Notes: generated by a model not told the origin, from the sequence alone. 34,375 nucleotides of DNA from Patescibacteria group bacterium (GCA_030917685.1 JAUPUG010000056.1:1-34375); one strand, 5' to 3'; shown: positions 1-9,011, counted from the first letter of the stretch. Numbers and translations are program-made.

Positions 1-647
1 ATACAGATCTGAATCCAAGCTTGCTCACCTTTTCGAAGTGATCCAAGAAACTCGATTACTGGAGTAATTGGGTCAATCTTAAACTCTTCCTTTGGATCTT
101 CATGGAGTTTGTAGGCTGTATATGTCTTGATAGGCACATGTGATGCAGCGGATTTAACAAATTCACATCCCCAATATTGGTAATTGTCTGGGTCAAATGG
201 AACTGCACGTGCATAATCTTTATCACTTACATCAGCAATTTCAATATCTGGAAACTGCGAATACAACTGAGTCTCAATCATGTCTTTAAACTTCTCTTTT
301 GTCCAAATAAAGAAACGAACTCCTCCGTCTATAGATACAAGCTCAAGTGAAAACCATGAACGCACGGAGCCGTCCCAATATTTACCTATCAAATCCCCTT
401 CACCTCCAGGTTGAAAGAGTGAAGTAATGAACACCTCCATTGCAAGTGGTGACTTAGTTATTCCTTTTGGAATCCGGAGTTCCAACACTGAGTATTTTTG
501 TTTTGCAAAGAATTCTGCACGAACATATGCGACCCAACTTTTCCAAAATGATTTGATTATAAAAATAGGTACAACGATAGAGATACACAAGTACAGCAAC
601 TTGAATGCAAACAAAACTAATCCATTAGTAGAAAAAATAAGATCCAT
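1..647 (-). CDS. Membrane-anchored protein, N-terminal 215 aa only (3' end cut by the window edge). The N-terminus resembles the TM + head region of VirD4/TraG/HerA-type T4SS coupling-protein-like ATPases seen in CPR and archaea.
   Basis: Absent from the ORF track because there is no stop in the window. ATG at 647, open frame to position 1: MDLIFSTNGLVLFAFKLLYLCISIVVPIFIIKSFWKSWVAYVRAEFFAKQKYSVLELRIPKGITKSPLAMEVFITSLFQPGGEGDLIGKYWDGSVRSWFSLELVSIDGG... One N-terminal TM helix. The family call rests on remembered similarity and is unverified. Confidence 0.6.
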   Translation of the reverse strand, partial: MDLIFSTNGLVLFAFKLLYLCISIVVPIFIIKSFWKSWVAYVRAEFFAKQKYSVLELRIPKGITKSPLAMEVFITSLFQPGGEGDLIGKYWDGSVRSWFSLELVSIDGGVRFFIWTKEKFKDMIETQLYSQFPDIEIADVSDKDYARAVPFDPDNYQYWGCEFVKSAASHVPIKTYTAYKLHEDPKEEFKIDPITPVIEFLGSLRKGEQAWIQIC

Positions 648-723
648 GTGTGTACATTTTAACTCATAGAGTAATTTTGCGCTACATCAATTATGCAAAG
701 ATTTTGAATATGTAAGTGAGGAT

Positions 724-830
724 AAAAAAAGGAAGGTCCGTGTCTCACACATCCCATTCAGTTGAAACTCCGTTGGCATGATTGCCACGAAGAAGCATAT
801 GAACAAGTTGTGTGATAGTGACACGGACCT
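724..830 (-). terminator. Long compound hairpin followed by U7 on the minus strand (terminator or attenuator), 77 nt upstream of the ATG at 647.
   Basis: aggtccgtgtc(734-744)/gacacggacct(820-830) plus tcacaca/tgtgtga. The plus-strand A7 at 724-730 reads as a U7 tail on the minus strand. Confidence 0.5.
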
Positions 831-1100
831 CTGAAACTCTTTTTCAGCTAAATGTCAGACCTCACGGGTCGGGACATAGTAGCTGTGGCAGGACACCATC
901 TGGAGGTGCCTGCGATTGTTGATGTTGAAAGAGCGTGATTGCTCTTGTGGAGCGGTGTGCGAGTGTGTGAGACGTTTTCGTTTTCACTGCTTTTCTTTGA
1001 GCCCTCCGGTTCGATGTTTTCTGAATTACTAGATAAGCCTAAATGAGACCTCTAGTACATAGCCTCGTGAATTGATTCACTTACCATGCACTTTAATCCT
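724..1100 (-). other. GC-enriched, hairpin-dense non-coding region. It could be a cis-leader/attenuator of the gene starting at 647 or an unclassified ncRNA. The strand is tentative.
   Basis: No ORF of 60 aa or more lies wholly within it. Hairpins: 734-751/809-830 (11+7 bp), 831-848, 888-913 (gcaggacacc/ggtgcctgc), 929-946 (aagagc/gctctt). There is also 9-nt long-range complementarity between 742-750 and 965-973. Confidence 0.35.
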
Positions 1101-1152
1101 AACTCTCCTACTTTAAAAAAGCTAGTTGGGTTATACACTCACTCTAGCGCTT

Positions 1153-1191
1153 ATAAAAATGATCACCCACCAAATCGAAATCTGGTGGGTG
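1153..1191 (-). terminator. Rho-independent terminator of ORF 1221..1928.
   Basis: 9-bp stem cacccacca(1164-1172)/tggtgggtg(1183-1191). The minus strand continues gatcattttta. Confidence 0.7.
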
Positions 1192-1220
1192 AACTGTTGA
1201 AAGTAGAGTCGTGGTCTACG

Positions 1221-1928
1221 TTAAATTACCATTGGAAGTCTTTTTTCGATGAAAACCCATTTGGTGTAATCTCTGTCCGTATATTCAGACAGGCGACACG
1301 ATTCCAGTCGAATGAATTCATTATCTTTACATCCCCCACTAGTCACTCTCCTCCTCCAAACCAAAAGTCCTGGCTCACTAGACTTTCCCATCAAGACTGG
1401 GTATTTGAGACCTTGCACAGGCTTAGAACCTAAAACCAGTCGATCTAAATCAAGCTGTTTAAGATTTGAATTGAGGGCTTGTTCTGGCATCCTCAACGCA
1501 TCATTCACCTCACAAAGTTCAAGCCCGTGACTGCTGAGGAAGTCCGATTCTAGCAATCTTGAAAAATTCTTGACAGAAATATTTGGTCCAAATATTTCCT
1601 CGATGGTCCCGATCACTAGCCTTACTTTACGTCCAGCTAATTTTTGTGACAAAACCTCATCTTCAGTGAAGAAATCCTTTACAAGATCGTGAAGTCTGAA
1701 ATCGACTCCATAGTCAATTGAATTGTGGTCGATTGACCCTTGACTGAAGGCTTGAAGTCGCTTCAAGCACCATAATGCTCGGGTAAGTGGTACAGTGCTG
1801 AGTAATGTGATGATCTGATGCATTATGGGAAAATTTTTAGTTCCCGCCAGTAGATTGAGCAGATTGCCGATTGGGGCAAACAAGGTATGTGCGTGTTGTT
1901 GAATTAATTGTATTTCTTGTGGTGTCAT
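1221..1928 (-). CDS. Hypothetical protein (235 aa), no recognisable motif.
   Basis: Long ORF with its own downstream terminator. It is the only long frame here; the overlapping plus-strand ORFs 1086..1433 and 1312..1530 are shadows. Confidence 0.6.
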   Translation of the reverse strand: MTPQEIQLIQQHAHTLFAPIGNLLNLLAGTKNFPIMHQIITLLSTVPLTRALWCLKRLQAFSQGSIDHNSIDYGVDFRLHDLVKDFFTEDEVLSQKLAGRKVRLVIGTIEEIFGPNISVKNFSRLLESDFLSSHGLELCEVNDALRMPEQALNSNLKQLDLDRLVLGSKPVQGLKYPVLMGKSSEPGLLVWRRRVTSGGCKDNEFIRLESCRLSEYTDRDYTKWVFIEKRLPMVI

Positions 1929-2170
1929 TGTAGATTCCGAAACTACTTTACTTTATGATTTCATCTCGGTACGTAAATACACTTTTAAAACATACTTACA
2001 TACCGAGACGAATTTTTAAATGTACAAATTGTATAAAGTACTAAAATTTTTGGTTCAAGTACTTTAATACAAAATACCATACTATATAGAATGGTATGTG
2101 TAAATAGTCATATAAATGAGCTCCAGAATCAAATTTCAATACCTTGTTAGTGGATCAATTAAATAGATAA

Positions 2171-2207
2171 AAACAAAAACCACACGTCTTAGGTGTAGTT
2201 TTTGTTT
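2171..2207. terminator. Bidirectional hairpin terminator downstream of ORF 2241..3317.
   Basis: ccacac/gtgtag core stem flanked by an A-run and a T-run (aaacaaaaaccacacgtcttaggtgtagtttttgttt). Confidence 0.65.
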
Positions 2208-2240
2208 ATAGATACTTTGTTTGAGCGTCGTCTGTCCGAT

Positions 2241-3317
2241 CTAAGCCTTTAGAGCTTCGCCAAGACTATACTTTCCATCCTTATCCTTCTTGAAGAACTT
2301 TGAGTTCTGGAGGTTAACGAGGATTGTATTTTCTTTAACATATCTCTCTTTCATAACTCGCTGGATGATTTCTTCTTTTGTAAGAGGTCCGTGCTTTTCT
2401 ATCATCTTCTTGATTACTTCTTTTACAACACCACTAGCGTATCCCCATTCTGTGAGAGCGTAGAGGCCTCGTCCTACGAGTACAAAACGCTTGTCTTTGA
2501 TGAGTTCGTTGTGAGTAGTAGCAATGTGTGCCTTCTTATTGAAAAGCTTTTCGATAAGCTTAGCGATATCTCGGAAGTGGATTGGTGATCCGTGCTTTCG
2601 CATAGCGAGGTATGCATAGTCTCGAATACCTTTTGTCTTAACATTTTGTGAATCAGATTTACCCCATTCACCGAGTGGATTCTTAGACATATTCTTTGAA
2701 ATATTGAGCCATCGCTTTGCAACTTCCTCATTTCGGTACTTTTCATTTACATCTTTGAGGTGCTCGAGGAATGATTCAACCATTTCTGACTCAGGAACAA
2801 GATCGTCATCATTGAGACTCTTGTACATCTTTCGGAGTGCGTCGTGAATCTTCTTTGAAAGAGAAACGTCAACGTGCCATCGGTGTTTGAATTCAGGATC
2901 TTCTTTTTCTTTTTTGAATGAATCACCAACTACGAGCATGAAGTGTACGTGGTTCTGAGTTGATTCGTCTTTTGCAAAATGCTTGAGGAGTTCTTCTTCA
3001 CCAACCATACCGCCGAAGTCATGGATGTGATTGTAGAGTTCTTCAAATACAGCTTTCTCTTGCTTGTAGAATGCAGACTTTCGAATGTTCTGGAGTGCTG
3101 CATGTTCAATCTGTCGTACTCGTTCTCGAGTAATAGAATACATTTCACCAATAGCCTCAAGAGTCATTCGCTCATTGTTTTTGTCGAGACCGTATCTCTT
3201 TGTAACAACAAGACGTGATCTTTCAGGTAAAGCTGAAAGCAATCTTTTAGTAATGTTTTTAGGTTTGAATGATAATTCGGCTGTATTTGTCATAGGTTTA
3301 TACGTTATTTGTAGCAT
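2241..3317 (-). CDS. Sigma-70 region 4 domain protein with central and C-terminal HARE-HTH/winged-helix domains. It lacks region 2.
   Basis: N-terminal LPERSRLVVTKRYGL...TLEAIGEMYSITRERVRQIEHAALQNIRK matches region 4.2. IHFRDIAKLI...HNELIKDKRFVLVGRGLYALTEWG matches the HARE-HTH pattern of RpoE-delta type. No region 2 (-10 recognition) motif is visible. Confidence 0.75.
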   Translation of the reverse strand: MLQITYKPMTNTAELSFKPKNITKRLLSALPERSRLVVTKRYGLDKNNERMTLEAIGEMYSITRERVRQIEHAALQNIRKSAFYKQEKAVFEELYNHIHDFGGMVGEEELLKHFAKDESTQNHVHFMLVVGDSFKKEKEDPEFKHRWHVDVSLSKKIHDALRKMYKSLNDDDLVPESEMVESFLEHLKDVNEKYRNEEVAKRWLNISKNMSKNPLGEWGKSDSQNVKTKGIRDYAYLAMRKHGSPIHFRDIAKLIEKLFNKKAHIATTHNELIKDKRFVLVGRGLYALTEWGYASGVVKEVIKKMIEKHGPLTKEEIIQRVMKERYVKENTILVNLQNSKFFKKDKDGKYSLGEALKA

Positions 3318-3398
3318 GAAGCGGCAAAAGAGTCAACACGCCAAGTAGATAGTTGTCAAGGGTAGGTCTTGACAAGGAAATATGGCTAATATAAAGGA

Positions 3399-5969
3399 CT
3401 AAACAGTAGGAACTACAAAGTTGACCAACTTCCCTTTCACATATATAACCTTGGTTGGCTCTGTATCACCCAATCTTTTAGCTATATCGTCAAGCTTCGT
3501 AGCTTCTGCAACTACATGTGCTTCTGTATCATCAGAAAGAGTCAAAGTGGCACGAACTTTACTGTTAATTTGCACTACAATTTTGAAAGTATTTGATTGT
3601 AATTTACTCGCGTCGTATGTAGGCCATGGTGCAAGGTGGATACTTTTCTTGCCAGTTTTGTTATTACCCATCATAGACCAAAGTTCATCAGTTACATGTG
3701 GTGCAAATGGAGCAAGAAGTTTGAGGAATGTTTCGTAGTATGAACGCGAAAGACTTCCCTTCTCTTGCACCTCTTTTTCGAAGGCGTTGAGGAGAATCAT
3801 AAGGGAAGAGATTGCTGTGTTTTGACCAAAGTTTTCAATATCCTCTCCAACCTTTTTGATAGTTCGATGTGTAAGTGATTCAAGATCTGAATCAGAGTTA
3901 CCAATTTTTTCTGTAACTTTTTTCAACTCAACTTTCTCAGCAAGTCTCCATGCACGCTCAATAAATCGTCTTGAACCAATCATGTTATCAGTACTCCACG
4001 CGATACCTGCCTCAAAAGGTCCCATAAACATTTCGTACACTCGAAGAGTATCAGCGCCATATAGATTCACGATATCATCAGGGTTTACTACATTTCCATA
4101 TCGTTTACTCATCTTTCTGCCATCTGGTCCTGCAATAAGTCCTTGATTTTTAAGTGACATAAATGGTTCTGAAGTTGAAACAATACCTATATCAAATAAG
4201 AACTTATGCCAGAATCGAGCGTAGATAAGGTGACGTGTAGCATGCTCTGCTCCACCTACATACATATCTACTGGTTGCCAATACTTTTCTTTCTTTGGAT
4301 CAACAAGAGCCTTCTTATTTTTTGGATCCATAAATCTTAGATAGTACCAACATGAACCAGCCCACTGAGGCATGGTATTTGTTTCTCGTTTTGCAGGAGC
4401 TTTACACACAGGGCATTTTACATTCACCCACTTTTCAATAGCAGCAAGCGGCGACTCACCTGTACCTGTTGGTTCATATGATTTTACATTTGGAAGCTTG
4501 AGAGGTAATTCTTTTTCTGGAACTGGCACAACACCACATGAAGGACAGTGAATAAGTGGAATAGGCTCACCCCAATATCGCTGTCGTGAGAAGACCCAGT
4601 CTCGAAGTTTGTATTTTGTAACTAACTTTCCGTATTTTTGTGCAATTTCGGTTCGAGCTTCTTCGCAGTATAAACCACTAAAGCCGTTAGAATCTATAAT
4701 CTTTCCATTCATACTCAAGAAAGGCTTTTCTAAATTTTTATACTGAAGCTCTAGTTTATTTATTTCAGCCGTAGTATCAAAGTTTTTATCATTAATTGAA
4801 GAAACTGTAATAATTATAGGTTGTATCACCCTTTTAATTTCTAACCCATATTTCTTAGCAAACTGAAAATCTCTTTCATCATGAGCCGGTACTGCCATTA
4901 CTGCACCAGTTCCATATCCGGCGAGTACATAGTCAGCAATCCAGACAGGAATTTCCTCTCCATTTGCGGGATTGATAGCTGTAACTCCTTTTATCTCAAC
5001 ACCATTCTTTTCCTTACCTTCAGCAGTTCGCTCGATATCTGACTTACCTTTGAGCGACTCAATGAAAGCTTGTATTTCAGTTTGATTTGAGGTTTGTGCG
5101 ATAAGTTTCTGTGCAAGTTTGTGTTCTGGAGCGAGCACAACATATGTCACACCAAAAAGTGTATCTGCTCTTGTTGTGAATACAGAAATCTTTTCATCAC
5201 TACCTTTTATTTTAAAATCAATTTCAGCACCCTCACTCCTTCCAATCCAATTTCTCTGTGATTCTTTGATTGATTCTGTCCAATTGAGTCCGTCAATATC
5301 CTTGAGAAGTCGGTCAGCGTACTCTGTAATTTTAATAACCCATTGTCGAATAGGCTTCTGCTCAACTATTGAGCCACATCGTTCACATTTTCCATCTTCA
5401 AGATCTTCGTTTGAAAGACCAGTTTTACAAGACGGGCACCAGTTAATCGGCTCATGAGATTCAAATGTAAGACCCTTCTTGTGCATTTGCAAGAACGCCC
5501 ACTGAGTCCATTTATAATATTCAGGATCAGTTGTATTAACTTCTCGAGACCAGTCATAGTTAAAACCAAGAATAGAAAGTTGTTCTTTGTATCGCTTCAC
5601 ATTTTTCTTTGTGGCAATACTTGGATGAATTTTATTCTTGATAGCGAACTCTTCTGCAGGGAGTCCAAATGCGTCCCAACCCATTGGATGCAATACATTA
5701 AAACCACTCATTGTCTTGTATCTCGCGTATGTATCTGTCGCAATATAGCCTTTTGGATGCCCTACATGGAGCCCAGTTCCAGATGGATATGGAAACATGT
5801 CTAAGACATAGGATTTTGGCTTATTACCACCCTCTTTAGTCTTATAAATCCCCGTCTTAGTCCATTCTTTTTGCCATTTCTTTTCTATCTTGAGGTGATC
5901 GTATTGTGCAGTTTTGGCAATCTTTGGTGCACTTTTTGTGCTTTTCTTCTCAGGTTTTTTCGATTTCAT
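3399..5969 (-). CDS. leuS: Leucyl-tRNA synthetase.
   Basis: 856 aa. HIGH motif (PYPSGTGLHVGHPKGY), KMSKS motif (GRKMSKRYGN), CP1 editing region and Cys clusters. Confidence 0.97.
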   Translation of the reverse strand: MKSKKPEKKSTKSAPKIAKTAQYDHLKIEKKWQKEWTKTGIYKTKEGGNKPKSYVLDMFPYPSGTGLHVGHPKGYIATDTYARYKTMSGFNVLHPMGWDAFGLPAEEFAIKNKIHPSIATKKNVKRYKEQLSILGFNYDWSREVNTTDPEYYKWTQWAFLQMHKKGLTFESHEPINWCPSCKTGLSNEDLEDGKCERCGSIVEQKPIRQWVIKITEYADRLLKDIDGLNWTESIKESQRNWIGRSEGAEIDFKIKGSDEKISVFTTRADTLFGVTYVVLAPEHKLAQKLIAQTSNQTEIQAFIESLKGKSDIERTAEGKEKNGVEIKGVTAINPANGEEIPVWIADYVLAGYGTGAVMAVPAHDERDFQFAKKYGLEIKRVIQPIIITVSSINDKNFDTTAEINKLELQYKNLEKPFLSMNGKIIDSNGFSGLYCEEARTEIAQKYGKLVTKYKLRDWVFSRQRYWGEPIPLIHCPSCGVVPVPEKELPLKLPNVKSYEPTGTGESPLAAIEKWVNVKCPVCKAPAKRETNTMPQWAGSCWYYLRFMDPKNKKALVDPKKEKYWQPVDMYVGGAEHATRHLIYARFWHKFLFDIGIVSTSEPFMSLKNQGLIAGPDGRKMSKRYGNVVNPDDIVNLYGADTLRVYEMFMGPFEAGIAWSTDNMIGSRRFIERAWRLAEKVELKKVTEKIGNSDSDLESLTHRTIKKVGEDIENFGQNTAISSLMILLNAFEKEVQEKGSLSRSYYETFLKLLAPFAPHVTDELWSMMGNNKTGKKSIHLAPWPTYDASKLQSNTFKIVVQINSKVRATLTLSDDTEAHVVAEATKLDDIAKRLGDTEPTKVIYVKGKLVNFVVPTV

Positions 5970-5994
5970 TTGATTTTGCCCGCTCGGGCGTCAT

Positions 5995-7017
5995 TTAGTT
6001 AGTTTTTCCTGTAATATACTTCTTATTTAGGTAGTAGGTCAAATATCCCAGGGCGATAATGAGAAGCCCAGAAATAAGCAGAGCCAGTGAAAAACTAATA
6101 CTGTCAGCAAAATATTCAACTGAGATTTTGATGCAATAGATACCGATAGCGATTGAAGTAACAACTAAACCTATTCGAGTCTTAATCTTTACAGAGAGCA
6201 CTACGGCACCGATTGCAATAAAGGCATAGATTAGGTTCCAAATACCACCTAGAAATAGTGCTGAGATAAGAAAAAGAGAGAAAGCGGCGAATGTATATAT
6301 GCTAGAAAATATTTTCTTTGTAGCATCTGACAAACTCACTCCAAGAGGTGCGTTTTGCACAATAGAAGTTCCTCTCGAAATCCAAGATCCGTACATAAAA
6401 TATCCTATCGCAAGAATCATTGATGCATATACGACAATGTCTTTTAGTGCTATTAGATCAAAACCGCTACCCTTGAGAAGTTTTGAGACAAAAGCATAAT
6501 ACGCAATTGTAAAAAATACTGTAGACACAATATGAAGCACGCCTTTCTTTGACGCATACAGTGCTGTACCAAATATCGCCAGTAGAACTATAGAAATAAG
6601 TAGTGCAGAGTCTGGTCCATCCCAGTATGCAATGCCACTTTCTCCAAGCCATACAAACCCACCAATAAATGATGCAATGGATGAAATACTAAAAAGTACC
6701 TGAGAAAGCACACTGTATTCTGGCTTTTTGTAAACCATGAAAGCACCGATGAAAGTAGCGAGGCCAAGACCTACTGTTGCAAGCCATCTACCAATAAAAC
6801 CAATAACATCCCAATTGTTTCCAAGGAGTACAAGGATACCTGTTACCGCAATAACGCCACCAATACTGTAAAGCACCTTTGGGATATTCGATTCTTTTTC
6901 ACTGTTAGTTTGTTTATTTGCATTTCCAGTATTTGCGATACTGATAACCTCCTCCCGTGTAATAACGTTCTGATTGATAGATGTTTTAATGACTTCGATT
7001 ACTTGGTCTTTATTCAT
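5995..7017 (-). CDS. Polytopic integral membrane protein (340 aa, about 9 hydrophobic helices).
   Basis: The ORF is almost entirely hydrophobic segments after a 40-aa N-terminal soluble stretch. Its stop lies 25 nt upstream of the leuS ATG, which suggests an operon. Confidence 0.8.
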   Translation of the reverse strand: MNKDQVIEVIKTSINQNVITREEVISIANTGNANKQTNSEKESNIPKVLYSIGGVIAVTGILVLLGNNWDVIGFIGRWLATVGLGLATFIGAFMVYKKPEYSVLSQVLFSISSIASFIGGFVWLGESGIAYWDGPDSALLISIVLLAIFGTALYASKKGVLHIVSTVFFTIAYYAFVSKLLKGSGFDLIALKDIVVYASMILAIGYFMYGSWISRGTSIVQNAPLGVSLSDATKKIFSSIYTFAAFSLFLISALFLGGIWNLIYAFIAIGAVVLSVKIKTRIGLVVTSIAIGIYCIKISVEYFADSISFSLALLISGLLIIALGYLTYYLNKKYITGKTN

Positions 7018-7082
7018 TTGATTTTAGATAAGGTTGGTAAATAAGTTAGGTCTGTCTACACAGTGAGTTCTGACGCGATACT

Positions 7083-7694
7083 CTATCGCTGACCCGGAGG
7101 TGACAGCAGAGGCTTAATCCAAGTAACAAAATTAAAATCATCGCTGTAATATGTTGATACTTCAGGATCGCCTACTTCGATTTTAATGTGCTGATTCTTT
7201 TTTGACATAAATACACCGTCATTACTTCCGCCAAAAAGTTCCAATATTCCCCTATTTAGCATTCGCTTCGAAACGGTATACCCATCAGGAGATATAGTCT
7301 CACCTTGAGTTTCAAACTGACTTGCTTGCTCAAATGTAATTGGGTAAATTGCCTCATGTGAAGTCCTATATACGTAGAGCTGCGGAACCTCTTCTTGTTT
7401 AACCTGGCTATACCCAAAGCATGGCTCAGCGACTTCTTTTTTATCGAAAACCGTAACAGTGTATGGCTTTTTAACTAGCTTACCTTCTTCAGTGTCGTAA
7501 TAATGTGAAAACACCACGCAAGCACTTGCTTCATAGTGTGATCGAGTTGGTTCTTTTACAAAAAGAAAATCATATTGAGGTTTTGGACCCAGGTTCGGCA
7601 ACATTGTTAAAAGAGCAATAACAAGGACAAGTAGAACTGGTAAAGAGATAGCAATAATAGCTGGCAGATTCTGCCGTAAGGTTTCCTTTTTCAT
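7083..7694 (-). CDS. Membrane-anchored hypothetical protein (203 aa, one N-terminal TM).
   Basis: N-terminal LPAIIAISLPVLLVLVIALLTML helix. TATAAT (7701-7706, minus) sits 6 nt upstream of the ATG. Confidence 0.75.
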   Translation of the reverse strand: MKKETLRQNLPAIIAISLPVLLVLVIALLTMLPNLGPKPQYDFLFVKEPTRSHYEASACVVFSHYYDTEEGKLVKKPYTVTVFDKKEVAEPCFGYSQVKQEEVPQLYVYRTSHEAIYPITFEQASQFETQGETISPDGYTVSKRMLNRGILELFGGSNDGVFMSKKNQHIKIEVGDPEVSTYYSDDFNFVTWIKPLLSPPGQR

Positions 7695-7727
7695 GTGGTG
7701 ATTATACCACGTTTGGATTCAAAAATA

Positions 7728-7736
7728 TGCTAGAAT
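7728..7736 (+). promoter_or_regulatory. Extended -10 promoter element (TGcTAGAAT) on the plus strand.
   Basis: tgctagaat at 7728-7736. No good -35 element. Confidence 0.35.
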
Positions 7737-7742
7737 ATTCTC

Positions 7743-7887
7743 AGTTGCGAAAGGTCGAATTAGATACTCAACCCTACAGCTAAGTCAAAAACCAAGCTAT
7801 TCTTGTGCTGACGAAAGTTTTGCAACTCACCCAGTCGGATGTCGTGGATAATATACTTTCCACGGCATCGCGACTTTTTAATTTTTT
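7743..7887 (+). ncRNA. Candidate sRNA of about 145 nt between ychF and the next gene.
   Basis: Bounded by the extended -10 at 7728-7736 and a plus-oriented terminator at 7834-7887. agttgc(7743-7748) is complementary to gcaact(7822-7827). No plus-strand gene lies downstream. Confidence 0.3.
7834..7887 (+). terminator. Strong hairpin with its T-tract on the plus strand.
   Basis: Stem of about 14 bp, gtcggatgtcgtgg(7834-7847)/ccacggcatcgcgac(7860-7874), then tttttaatttttt (7875-7887). The minus-strand version has no U-tract. Confidence 0.55.
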
Positions 7888-7904
7888 CCTGTAAGTCTTA
7901 CGCC

Positions 7905-9011
7905 CTAGACTCTAAACTCCATCACCTCCCCATCCTTCACTATATACTCTTTACCTTCAGTTCGCACGAGTCCTTTTTCTCGCGCCGCAGCGAATGAACC
8001 AGCACCGAGCAGTTCTTGCCACCCAATCACTTCAGCTCGAATAAACTTCTCTTTGAAGTCTGTATGAATTGCAGTTCCGGCCATTGGTGCATTCCACCCC
8101 TTCTCGATAGTCCATGCACGAGTCTCTTGTACACCAGTCGTAAAGTATGTCTGGAGGTTAAGTAAATCATAACCACCCTTGATGAGTTCGTTAATACCAT
8201 CATCTTTCGCACCGAGTTCTGCCCGAAACATTTCTTTTTCTTCACCAACTAGATCCATGAGTTCATGTTCAACTTTTGCGTCCACTACAACCCATTTAGC
8301 GCCTTGCGCCTTTAGATATTCAATCAAAGCCTTGTATCGAGGTTCATTTCCTCCATCCATTTCATCTAGATTTGCTCCACCTGCCTTCTTATTCAAAATA
8401 TACATCATTGGCTTGAGTGTTAAGAGGTTCAATCCTTGCACGAGTATTTTTTCATCGTCAGTAAGTCCAGCATTTTGCGCTAGATCACCAGCTTCGAGTA
8501 CTTTTATCATTTTCTGTAGAGCTTCCTTTTCTGCGATAGCTGGCTTGTCACCTCGCTTCACATCTTTTTCAACTGAACCGAGTCGTTTAGTCACAACCTG
8601 CATGTCAGCAAGGATGAGTTCATAGTTAATAACCTGAATATCATTTACAGGGTCAATTTTTCCATCAACGTGGATTACATTTTGATCTTCGAAAATTCGC
8701 ACCACCTCAGCAATAGCATTCACTTCTCGAATATGTGAGAGAAATTGGTTTCCAAGACCTTCACCTTCTGACGCGCCCTTTACAAGACCAGCGATATCTA
8801 CGAACTCAACAACTGCAGGTACAGTTTTGAGTGTCTTTGAAAAATCTGAAAGCTTGTATAGTCGCTCGTCAGGCACTGCAACAACACCCACAGATGGGTC
8901 GATAGTACAGAATGGATAGTTTTCGGCAGGAACTGATTTCTTAGTAAGTGCATTAAAAAGTGTTGATTTTCCAACGTTTGGAAGGCCTACGATGCCGATT
9001 GAGAGTTTCAT
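7905..9011 (-). CDS. ychF: Ribosome-binding ATPase YchF (Obg-family GTPase/ATPase).
   Basis: 368 aa. G1 motif GIVGLPNVGKSTLFNALT, typical YchF coiled-coil insert and C-terminal TGS-like end (...EGKEYIVKDGEVMEFRV). Confidence 0.95.
   Translation of the reverse strand: MKLSIGIVGLPNVGKSTLFNALTKKSVPAENYPFCTIDPSVGVVAVPDERLYKLSDFSKTLKTVPAVVEFVDIAGLVKGASEGEGLGNQFLSHIREVNAIAEVVRIFEDQNVIHVDGKIDPVNDIQVINYELILADMQVVTKRLGSVEKDVKRGDKPAIAEKEALQKMIKVLEAGDLAQNAGLTDDEKILVQGLNLLTLKPMMYILNKKAGGANLDEMDGGNEPRYKALIEYLKAQGAKWVVVDAKVEHELMDLVGEEKEMFRAELGAKDDGINELIKGGYDLLNLQTYFTTGVQETRAWTIEKGWNAPMAGTAIHTDFKEKFIRAEVIGWQELLGAGSFAAAREKGLVRTEGKEYIVKDGEVMEFRV

Noticed and set aside
427-669. Track ORF 427..669 (+), and many other 60-150 aa ORFs antisense to or overlapping long genes (for example 1086..1433, 3421..3738, 8179..8625, 17606..18064, 23337..23684, 30776..31255).
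   Set aside because: They lie inside or opposite clearly homologous long genes, have odd composition and carry no motifs. They are shadow ORFs.
731-830. GGAAGGUCCGUG at 731-742 as the RNase P P4 motif. Also tmRNA or SRP RNA assignments for 724-1100, 20533-20649 and 26713-26829.
   Set aside because: The motif is fully paired in a local 97-nt hairpin rather than forming a long-range P4. There is no tRNA-like acceptor/T-arm end and no plausible tag ORF ending in hydrophobic residues (tmRNA). There is no GUCAGGUCCGGAAGGAAGCAGC domain IV core (SRP).
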